Below are positions 57,952-64,000 of a stretch of 64,000 nt of DNA, one piece after another (the first letter of the stretch is position 1; each line of letters starts with the position of its first letter). The DNA lies in IMG/VR virus record IMGVR_UViG_3300043639_000076, positions 3,463-67,462 of that record. One strand, 5' to 3'. The stretch comes from a virus. The notes beneath the pieces were generated by a model that did no database searches, had not been told where the DNA came from, and saw nothing but the letters and a program-made list of their open reading frames with translations. The translations under genes and the position numbers were made by a program.

Positions 57952-58015
57952 ATTTTTGAATCAGGTGCAAAAACCGGGGGTCGGATTTTTGAATCAGGTG
58001 CAAAAACCGGGGGTT
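57950..58015 (+). repeat. 33-bp repeat cluster A (2 tandem copies)
   Basis: G(A/G)ATTTTTGAATCAGGTGCAAAAACCGGGGGT(C/T) x2. Confidence 0.95.
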
Positions 58016-58046
58016 GCTTTTAAGCGACCGGCTTAAAAGCAACCCC
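58010..58046. repeat. Perfect 16-bp inverted repeat with 5-nt loop
   Basis: GGGGTTGCTTTTAAGC-GACCG-GCTTAAAAGCAACCCC. Confidence 0.9.
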
Positions 58047-58070
58047 ATTTTCGGATTTTCCAGGCCTTTT

Positions 58071-58130
58071 TTTCGGCGGTTTTCGGCGGTTTTCGGCGGT
58101 TTCAGGCGGTTTCAGGCGGTTTCAGGCGGC
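58071..58130 (+). repeat. 10-bp tandem repeat x6
   Basis: TTTCGGCGGT x3, then TTCAGGCGG(T/C) x3. Confidence 0.95.
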
Positions 58131-58382
58131 GCTCGGACGCCGGCCGGCGACCCGGCGGATCGGCGGCGGCGGGTTGTCGAGGTGCAGCGCGGCCAGCCGC
58201 TCGACCCAGGCCACGACATCCTCCGGCGGCGCGGTGCGGCCGTCGCACCAGTAGATCGCCGTCGTGTGACCGATCTGGATCTGTTCGGAGAGCGTCGCGC
58301 GGGTCCAGCCGACCGTGTCCATGGCCGCGCGCAGCCGTTCACCGAGTGTCGGTGGCGTCGGTGTCTTCCTTGGCTTTTTCAT
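58122..58382 (-). CDS. XRE-like HTH protein, paralog 1
   Basis: LRAAMDTVGWT..TLS..I.I..T...W.DG...PP..V.AW..RLA..H..NPPP. Confidence 0.72.
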   Translation of the reverse strand: MKKPRKTPTPPTLGERLRAAMDTVGWTRATLSEQIQIGHTTAIYWCDGRTAPPEDVVAWVERLAALHLDNPPPPIRRVAGRRPSAA

Positions 58383-58578
58383 CGTTGATCTCCTGGATCA
58401 GATCCCAGTGGTGGATGCGCGCGGTGTAGCGGCCATTCCGGCCGTAAAAGGCGACCTCGCCTTTCGTGTTGATGCCGGCGAACCGGTTGGTCCCCGTGGC
58501 GGTGGTTTCGCATTCGATGGTGATGCGCTCGCCGCGGCGGTTCAGGTATGAACCGCCGACTTTCAGCGTGACTGGCAT
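58339..58578 (-). CDS. Hypothetical protein
   Basis: LKVG..Y.NR.GE.I.I...NG.Y....DL pattern. Confidence 0.6.
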   Translation of the reverse strand: MPVTLKVGGSYLNRRGERITIECETTATGTNRFAGINTKGEVAFYGRNGRYTARIHHWDLIQEINDEKAKEDTDATDTR

Positions 58579-58581
58579 GGC

Positions 58582-59520
58582 TCATCCCCGCAGGATCTTG
58601 ACCGCGTCCACGGTCGTCAGGTTACGCATCAGCCCGTCGTCGCCCATCTGTTGGATGACGTGGACGGATTTGTCGTGGCGTTTCATGTCCTTCTGACCCC
58701 AGGCGATGATGTCACCGGGCTTGCAGGGGAGGCGCATGATGCCGGCCTCGCCGACGCGGCCGATCCACTCGCCCCAGTTGTACGTCAGCTTGCCGGCGGC
58801 GGCGTCGAGCGTGACGGTGGCGCACCAGGGCTTGCCATCGCGGCGGGAATTGTAGGCCGCGGTTTCCCGCTCCCAGTAGCCGCTTTCCAGGCGTCCCGCT
58901 CCCAGCGCGACCAGCGCCGCCTTTTTCTCGGCCGCTTCGATGGCGGCGGCTTCGGCTGAGATCTTGTCGGCTTCCACCTTCTCCTCGCGCAGCCGTGGCA
59001 GGGCTGCTTCGATGGCGGCGTTGTTCCTGACTTCGATGGCGTTGGTCATGGCGCTGAACGCCGCCTCGAGACGCGCCCAGATCGGATCCGCGCGACGGTC
59101 GGCGGTGACCCTCCGGTCATACATCCCTGGACGCGGAATGTGCGGCGGCTTCCAGTTGGTCAGTTCGCCCAGTGCCGCGAAGGTGTCGGGATCGCGGATG
59201 AGCCGCTGGTATTCGATCGGCTCGGCGGCGCGCGTCGCCGCGATGGCGGCTTCGATCTCGGCCGTGATCTCGTTCCAGCCGGCTTCGAAGTAGGCCTTGT
59301 CGGCCGCGACGGCGGCGATGACCGCCTCGATGGTCGGTGCGGCGATGTTGCGCGCCTGGCAGACCGCTGACCCGTCATTGGACAGGTCGAGCGCGGCGAC
59401 GACATCGGGCCAGGCGTCGCCAAAATCCGCCGGCGCGGCGTCGAGGACGGCGGTCTGGCCAATCTCGTGGCCGGCCAACAGCGCGGCGCGGCGGTCGATG
59501 TTGCGGAGCGTGATCTTCAT
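58582..59520 (-). CDS. Hypothetical protein (312 aa)
   Basis: Long ORF; C-terminal YNSRR..KPW.A...PGDIIA.GQKD; AGGGAAACCC leader. Confidence 0.75.
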   Translation of the reverse strand: MKITLRNIDRRAALLAGHEIGQTAVLDAAPADFGDAWPDVVAALDLSNDGSAVCQARNIAAPTIEAVIAAVAADKAYFEAGWNEITAEIEAAIAATRAAEPIEYQRLIRDPDTFAALGELTNWKPPHIPRPGMYDRRVTADRRADPIWARLEAAFSAMTNAIEVRNNAAIEAALPRLREEKVEADKISAEAAAIEAAEKKAALVALGAGRLESGYWERETAAYNSRRDGKPWCATVTLDAAAGKLTYNWGEWIGRVGEAGIMRLPCKPGDIIAWGQKDMKRHDKSVHVIQQMGDDGLMRNLTTVDAVKILRG

Positions 59521-59611
59521 GGCAGGGTTTCCCTCTGGGGATTAATCGTCCGCGGGATGCGGACCATCTCGCTGGGTATCCTGGACATCCCAGGCATACC
59601 CGGCGGCATGG

Positions 59612-59818
59612 TCAGGCGTCGTGATCGATGAGCGCGCCAATGGCCTCGTTATTGGCGTGTGCCTGGGCGCGGTAGGCCTTCCTGATCCAGGCCTGGGCGT
59701 CCGCTCTGGTTTCGAAGGTGGCGCAGTTCTGAGCGGGAAGGTTGAAGGGTTTGCGCCGCACCATCCAGGGCTTGTTCGTGGGTTCCTGGAGGTGATGGAT
59801 GAGGTAGCTGTAGGTCAT
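59612..59818 (-). CDS. Hypothetical protein
   Basis: F.TR.DA.AWI motif; in leftward operon. Confidence 0.55.
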   Translation of the reverse strand: MTYSYLIHHLQEPTNKPWMVRRKPFNLPAQNCATFETRADAQAWIRKAYRAQAHANNEAIGALIDHDA

Positions 59819-59821
59819 GGT

Positions 59822-60088
59822 TCAGGCCTTCTGGCTTTTGATGGCGCGGATGATCGCGCCCAGTTCGTCATAGATCGCGACGACCGACCGGACCCGCTGG
59901 CTGTTCTGTTCCTGGGCCAGCGAGAAGGTGGAGGGGGTCTGGATGTAATAGTCGCGGCCGTTCGGCGCGGCGTCCTGCAAGGTCAGAGCGGCCTCGTGGA
60001 GCGCGTTGCGTGCCCGCATCAGACCTTCGATCAGGTCGTCCTTGTCGGAGCCGTTGGAGTGGATCGTGGGGACTGCGATGGTGGTCAT
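59822..60088 (-). CDS. Phage hypothetical protein
   Basis: PTIH.NG....L, APNGRDYY; AGGGAAACCC leader. Confidence 0.7.
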   Translation of the reverse strand: MTTIAVPTIHSNGSDKDDLIEGLMRARNALHEAALTLQDAAPNGRDYYIQTPSTFSLAQEQNSQRVRSVVAIYDELGAIIRAIKSQKA

Positions 60089-60147
60089 GTCGGGTTTCCC
60101 TCTGGGATGGTGGAGTAGCCCGCTCCTCGTGGAGCGGGCCGGGTTGG

Positions 60148-60378
60148 TCAGTCGATGGTGGGTTTGACTTCCTGGATGAGGCCGTTGTCCCAGTGCGGGT
60201 AAACCAGGGGGCCGGTGGCATCGATGGCGCGGAACAAGCGGGCCAGATCGTCGTCCTTGTTGAAGGCGCTGCCGGCGACCCGGTTGACCGCGGTGTAGGG
60301 GTTGGTGGCCATGGCGAAGGCAATCTCTTTCGCGATGTAGACGAGTTCGCGAACAGCGTGGAGTTCCTGGGCGTTCAT
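60148..60378 (-). CDS. Hypothetical protein, first gene of leftward operon
   Basis: AGGGAAACCC leader; downstream of predicted promoter. Confidence 0.65.
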   Translation of the reverse strand: MNAQELHAVRELVYIAKEIAFAMATNPYTAVNRVAGSAFNKDDDLARLFRAIDATGPLVYPHWDNGLIQEVKPTID

Positions 60379-60424
60379 GATCGGGTTTCCCTTCTGTGTG
60401 GCGGCCGGTTCGTCTCGGCCAGTG

Positions 60425-60500
60425 GTGATTAATTAGTCCCGTGATCTCACAAAGGCAAGCGATATTTTGTGATCATCGTGATTTAATCTGTCACAAAAAC
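60425..60500. promoter_or_regulatory. Divergent promoter/operator region
   Basis: Minus-strand TTGCCT-N17-TAATTA enclosing palindrome GTGATCTCAC; inverted TTTTGTGA...TCACAAAA; AT-rich. Confidence 0.6.
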
Positions 60501-60601
60501 GCATGCCAGCCATGCGCGCCGGCATTTGGTCTGGCGTTGCTTTCGGATCCGGCTTCGTGGTCATGGTACGAGGTCTGAATGTTCATGAGGGAAACCCGGA
60601 G

Positions 60602-60790
60602 ATGATGATGTCGATGATGATGTTGACGTTGACGCGAGAAGAGAGGGTCGAGGCGGCGCGGCTGATGTATGAGCGGCGCGCGGAGCGGCTGGTGGGGCAT
60701 CATATGCCGGCCTGGGAAGGTCTTTCGGATATGCAGCGCGAGCGGCTGATCCAGGTCGAGGCGGATCGCATGGCGCTGGTGCGGTCGTGA
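60602..60790 (+). CDS. Hypothetical protein
   Basis: GAGGGAAACCC leader before ATG run; PAWEGLS..QRE motif. Confidence 0.55.
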   Translation: MMMSMMMLTLTREERVEAARLMYERRAERLVGHHMPAWEGLSDMQRERLIQVEADRMALVRS

Positions 60791-61197
60791 GGTTGTTTCC
60801 GCGTAGCGAGGCATGGCCGGCGGCGGTTTCGGCCGAGGCGGTGTTGGAGGCCTTCGACCGGGCGCGCGCCGCTGGCGTTAATTCGCCGGGGCTGCGGCTC
60901 GGCGATTTTAATTTTCGGCCAGCGCCGCCGGCCGGCCGCAATGCCGGCGCGATTTACGTGACCCGGCGGCGCATTTACCTGGGCAAGATCCTGTACGGCC
61001 GTTTCACGCCATCGTCGGATTGCGACCAGGTGACGACCGACGCGGTGGTGGCGACGGTCGCCGACCCCCAGGCGGCGGCGGTGGCTTATGGCCGCGACAC
61101 CGGGCGGTGTTCCTGTTGTGGTCGGTTGCTGACAGACCCCGAGAGCGTAAGAGTGGGAATCGGCCCGATCTGCGCGGGTCGATATTTCGGGGAGTGA
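60787..61197 (+). CDS. DUF6011-domain protein
   Basis: YG..TGRCSCCGRLLTDPESV.VGIGPIC. Confidence 0.8.
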   Translation: MRLFPRSEAWPAAVSAEAVLEAFDRARAAGVNSPGLRLGDFNFRPAPPAGRNAGAIYVTRRRIYLGKILYGRFTPSSDCDQVTTDAVVATVADPQAAAVAYGRDTGRCSCCGRLLTDPESVRVGIGPICAGRYFGE

Positions 61198-61202
61198 CAA
61201 TA

Positions 61203-61415
61203 ATGGGGGATCTGTCCTGGGTTGATCTTCGCTGCCGCTGCGGCGCGGATCACGTCATCGCGCTGGCACCAGGGTTTGACCCCAGAGGGGAGGGGGGCGG
61301 AACGCTTACTCTGTTCGACCCGCCGGCGATCAAGGACCGGGCATGGTGCGTCGATTGCTGGCGCGCTTCGTTTGTTTCGGTTAGTGCCGCGAGAGGGGCG
61401 GCTGTCCTGCCCTGA
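61203..61415 (+). CDS. Small zinc-binding protein
   Basis: CRCG...WCVDCW. Confidence 0.55.
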   Translation: MGDLSWVDLRCRCGADHVIALAPGFDPRGEGGGTLTLFDPPAIKDRAWCVDCWRASFVSVSAARGAAVLP

Positions 61416-61435
61416 TCTCTGTCGGGGGTTTTGGG

Positions 61436-61990
61436 TTGGTCGTCAGTCGGTCGCGCCAGAGGGGGGATCCTCGTTCTGGGTCTGACCTGGGGCCGGGGCT
61501 GCGCCGGCGACCGGTGCGTGACCGATTTGGCGAGGTGTTGCGGGAGCCTGACATCGAGGTCAGCGATCGGGCGGCGGATCCGGACAATCCCAACCGCCGG
61601 CTGCGGCGGGCCTATCGCGTGGACTCGGTCGAACTGCTGCGCCGCGCCGGCACGCTCGGTCCACGCGAGGTCGAGGCGGCGGAAGAACTGCGCGCGCACC
61701 TGGAGCGGCTGGTCGCATCCGGTGGCGGGGACTTCGCTCGTGTTTCGTTGTCGGGCTACCCGGTCGAGCCGATCAGCGACAGCCAGCTACGATCGTCCAG
61801 GCACCTGCGTGAGGCCCAGGACGCGCTCGGCATGGTGACGTGGCCGGCGGTGTTGTGGGTTTGTCTGGGCGGTACGGTGCGGGGATATTGCGAGCGGGAG
61901 TTGATCGACCGCCGGCGTGGCACCGCGCGCGTGATAGAGGGAATGCAACGGCTGGCGGTTTACTTTTACGGGGACGGGGTCACGGGATGA
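61436..61990 (+). CDS. DUF6456-like transcriptional activator/antiterminator (start uncertain)
   Basis: L.R.GTL..REV.AAE.LR...E, A.DALG.....VL.VCL, ER, L..L..F C-terminal HTH pattern. Confidence 0.6.
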   Translation: MVVSRSRQRGDPRSGSDLGPGLRRRPVRDRFGEVLREPDIEVSDRAADPDNPNRRLRRAYRVDSVELLRRAGTLGPREVEAAEELRAHLERLVASGGGDFARVSLSGYPVEPISDSQLRSSRHLREAQDALGMVTWPAVLWVCLGGTVRGYCERELIDRRRGTARVIEGMQRLAVYFYGDGVTG

Positions 61991-62742
61991 GTATTCGGGT
62001 TGTTTGCTGGTTTTCCTGCGGCGACGCATCGGCCGTGGCGACCAAGTTGGCCCTGGCCAAATACCTCGATGATGAGGTCGCCGTGGCGCGCTGCGTGGTG
62101 CCGGAAGAGCATCCGGACAATGACAGATTCGCGCGCGACTGCGCCGAATGGTTCGGTGTCGAGGTTAATGATCTGAAGAGCGTCGAGTATGCTTCATGCG
62201 ATGAGGTGTGGCGCAAACGCCGGTATATGAGCGGCGTGTTGGGGGCGATCTGTTCGGTGGAAATGAAAAAGGTCGTGCGGCATGCGTTCGAACGCGTGTG
62301 GCATCCGGACGTGCAGGTTTTCGGCTACACCGCGGAAGAGGCTGACAGGGCTGATCGGTTTCGCTCGCAGAACCCCGATGTTGTTTTGGAATGCCCGCTG
62401 ATCGATGAGGGGCTTTCGAAGGAAGATTGCCACGCCATCGTGCGTCGCGCCGGCCTGGAAGTGCCCGAGATGTATCGATTGGGCTACCCCAACGCGAACT
62501 GTATTGGTTGCGTTAACGCACAGAGTCCAACTTATTGGAATCATGTTAGGAAGACATTCCCAGACATTTTCGACCAGCGCGCGCGTCTGAGCCGGGAACT
62601 CGACGTGCGTTTGGTGAAGGGGACGCTCGGCGATCGGGAGCGGCTGTTCCTGGACGAACTGGATCCGGAACTCGGCCGCGACGTGGCGATGCCGGCGATG
62701 GAATGCAGTTTGCTTTGTTACATGGCCGAACAGAAGTTGTGA
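61987..62742 (+). CDS. PAPS-reductase-like (PP-loop) protein
   Basis: VVCWFSCG.ASAVA, EEHPDN.RF, C..EMKK, FGYTAEE..R..RF, PLI, MY.LGY.NANCIGCV. Confidence 0.82.
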   Translation: MSIRVVCWFSCGDASAVATKLALAKYLDDEVAVARCVVPEEHPDNDRFARDCAEWFGVEVNDLKSVEYASCDEVWRKRRYMSGVLGAICSVEMKKVVRHAFERVWHPDVQVFGYTAEEADRADRFRSQNPDVVLECPLIDEGLSKEDCHAIVRRAGLEVPEMYRLGYPNANCIGCVNAQSPTYWNHVRKTFPDIFDQRARLSRELDVRLVKGTLGDRERLFLDELDPELGRDVAMPAMECSLLCYMAEQKL

Positions 62743-62830
62743 GTTTTTGGGTCAGGTGCAAAGACCTGGTCTAATTGGTCAAATTGAAAACCCCGCCGAG
62801 AGGCGGGGTTTTTGAGTCAGGTGCAAAGCG
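62742..62830 (+). repeat. Repeat cluster B (2 core copies flanking a terminator)
   Basis: TTTTTGGGTCAGGTGCAAAG and TTTTTGAGTCAGGTGCAAAG. Confidence 0.9.
62787..62813. terminator. Bidirectional Rho-independent terminator
   Basis: AAAACCCCGCC-GAGA-GGCGGGGTTTTT between convergent genes. Confidence 0.85.
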
Positions 62831-62835
62831 GTGGG

Positions 62836-63117
62836 TCAGCGGAGGTCTTTTTCCTTCCAAATCGCGTAGGCATGCCGCCCCTCGACCCGGTAAATTCCGC
62901 CTTGCTCGGTCTGGGCGATCAGGTACTTGCCCGACGCGCCTTTGACCTCGACCCAGACGCGTTCGGACCATTGGCCGCGGCTTTGGCAGACCTTGATCAT
63001 GTCGCCGGGGGCGATCATGGCCAGTTCGCGCGGCGTGGGGGCTTCGAAGGTGTCGGGATGGTCAATGTGCATTTGCTGTGCGTCGGTCAGTCCGCGCATG
63101 ATGGGGTAGGTGGGCAT
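62836..63117 (-). CDS. Hypothetical protein
   Basis: HPDTFE.P...L..I.PGD..KV...ER.WVEV motif; AGGGAAACCC leader. Confidence 0.7.
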   Translation of the reverse strand: MPTYPIMRGLTDAQQMHIDHPDTFEAPTPRELAMIAPGDMIKVCQSRGQWSERVWVEVKGASGKYLIAQTEQGGIYRVEGRHAYAIWKEKDLR

Positions 63118-63132
63118 GGTCTGGGTTTCCCT

Positions 63133-63348
63133 TCAGGCCGGGTTGAAACGGGTCGAGATGCGGGGGGCGGGGTATCTGCGATGCTCGCGGGCCAGCGCTT
63201 TCATCCAGGTGGCGACAGCCTTGGGCACCGGGAGCCGGCCGGAGGCCCACCGGCGCACATTGGTTTCCTCGACCTCCAGCCGTGTGGCCAGGCCGCGCAT
63301 GGTCCAGCCGATATCGGTGAGGCAGTCGATGAATTCATGGTTGTTCAT
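63133..63348 (-). CDS. XRE-like HTH protein, paralog 2
   Basis: EF..CL..IGWT.RGLA..L.V.ET.VRRW.SG..PVP..VA.W..ALA..H...PAP; AGGGAAACCC leader. Confidence 0.8.
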   Translation of the reverse strand: MNNHEFIDCLTDIGWTMRGLATRLEVEETNVRRWASGRLPVPKAVATWMKALAREHRRYPAPRISTRFNPA

Positions 63349-63380
63349 GGTGTGGGGTTTCCCTCCGTTGGTGGTGCCGT

Positions 63381-63409
63381 GTTTTGCCGCGCCTTGCGGC
63401 ATATGTCAA
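63381..63409 (-). promoter_or_regulatory. Promoter with palindromic operator candidate upstream of HTH paralog 2
   Basis: Minus-strand TTGACA (63404-63409) with TGCCGC-N5-GCGGCA in the spacer. Confidence 0.55.
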
Positions 63410-63621
63410 GCCTCGCGTGCCTGTCCGCGCAGATCTGGCGGTGGATTTTCGTCCATTTGTTGGGCGAGCCGGCGCAGCCATAGTTCGACGTTGACCGGCA
63501 CCTTGCGCTCGCCGCTTTTCCAGCGCCGGAACCGGCGCTGATCGACGTCGAGCATTTGCATCAGCCACGACTCGCGCAGCGGCAAAACGTAGAGGCAATC
63601 GCGAAACTCTTCAGGTGTCAC
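63406..63621 (-). CDS. XRE-like HTH protein, paralog 3
   Basis: GTG start after AGGGAAACCC; MTPEEF..CL.......L...L.V..R.FRRW.SG...VP..V..WL..LA......PPP. Confidence 0.75.
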   Translation of the reverse strand: MTPEEFRDCLYVLPLRESWLMQMLDVDQRRFRRWKSGERKVPVNVELWLRRLAQQMDENPPPDLRGQAREA

Positions 63622-63665
63622 GGTTTGGGGTTTCCCTCTCGAAACGCTGGCCGCGAGTCGATAGT

Positions 63666-63799
63666 GGATTTTGAGTCCAGGTGCAAAAAGTGGGGGTCGG
63701 ATTTTGAGTCCAGGTGCAAAAACGGGGGGTCCAATTTTTTGGTCAGGTGCAAAGACGGGGGGTCCGATTTTGGAATCAGGTGCAAAAAGGGGGGGGGTC
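63666..63799 (+). repeat. 33-bp repeat cluster C (4 tandem copies)
   Basis: Units start at 63666, 63699, 63732 and 63765; each is ATTTT..N..CAGGTGCAAA..GGGGG(G)TC. Confidence 0.95.
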
Positions 63800-64000
63800 G
63801 AGGGCACTTTTCGGCCGTTTTTCGGGGGGTCAATCCCAAAAATGAGACGATTTTGAGGGGGTCCGGAGGGGCACCATACCGTCCGGACGGTACAGTCAGG
63901 AAACGGCGGATTTCCGCCATTTTTCGGGGGCATGGCAGGGGCAGAGGGGCACGGCCGGCCGTCATGCCGGGGCACGGCCGGAGCCGGGGCAGAGGGGCAG

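Noticed and set aside
49939-62742. Dnd phosphorothioation system (DGQHR-like protein plus PAPS reductase)
   Set aside because: The genes are 11 kb apart, the motif is DAAHR, and no DndA/D/E or Ssp homologs are visible
63666-63799. 33-bp repeats as a CRISPR or mini-CRISPR array
   Set aside because: The units are directly adjacent with no unique spacers, are not palindromic, and no cas genes are present
63622-63975. N-terminal extension of ORF 63406..63975 with FAPDxKIGPP peptide repeats
   Set aside because: It is a translation of the DNA repeats, which occur elsewhere outside ORFs; the HTH domain starts at GTG 63621 behind the shared RBS element
1-64000. tRNA, rRNA, integrase or IS elements
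   Set aside because: None recognised by eye; a tRNAscan/HMM search is needed to exclude them formally

Overview
The window holds most of a GC-rich tailed phage genome (siphovirus-type, HK97-like head). The host is probably an Alphaproteobacterium, possibly Acetobacteraceae-like; this is inferred from DUF6456-, DUF3309-, PEP-CTERM- and Cro-type genes. It starts inside terL and runs through: portal, protease and capsid; a glycosyltransferase and methyltransferase embedded in the head module; neck and tail genes; a 2078-aa tape measure; a 3495-aa modular fibre; hub/Dit-like genes and a second fibre; and a lysis cassette (GH25, single-TM holin candidate, Tae2/BPSL0067-like amidase, DUF3309). Next come leftward small ORFs, a Cro-type switch, and replication/recombination genes (beta-clamp, RusA-like, Sak4-like ATPase, SSB, Dda-like helicase, GIY-YIG, Prim-Pol, VapE helicase, likely ori). 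After those are two ParB-like genes, an alphaCTD-like gene, an accessory island with two PEP-CTERM proteins, and a terminal regulatory region. No integrase, CI-type repressor, tRNA or CRISPR array was recognised. The most unusual signals are: (i) a same-strand 33-bp repeat family (core CAGGTGCAAA, 8 copies in 3 clusters) beside three paralogous HTH genes; (ii) an invariant AGGGAAACCC element on the ribosome-binding site of 8 genes; (iii) phage-borne PEP-CTERM proteins; (iv) a probable virion-glycosylation cassette; (v) an apparently circularly permuted lytic transglycosylase in the tape measure. All family assignments come from motif recognition by eye, not database searches.
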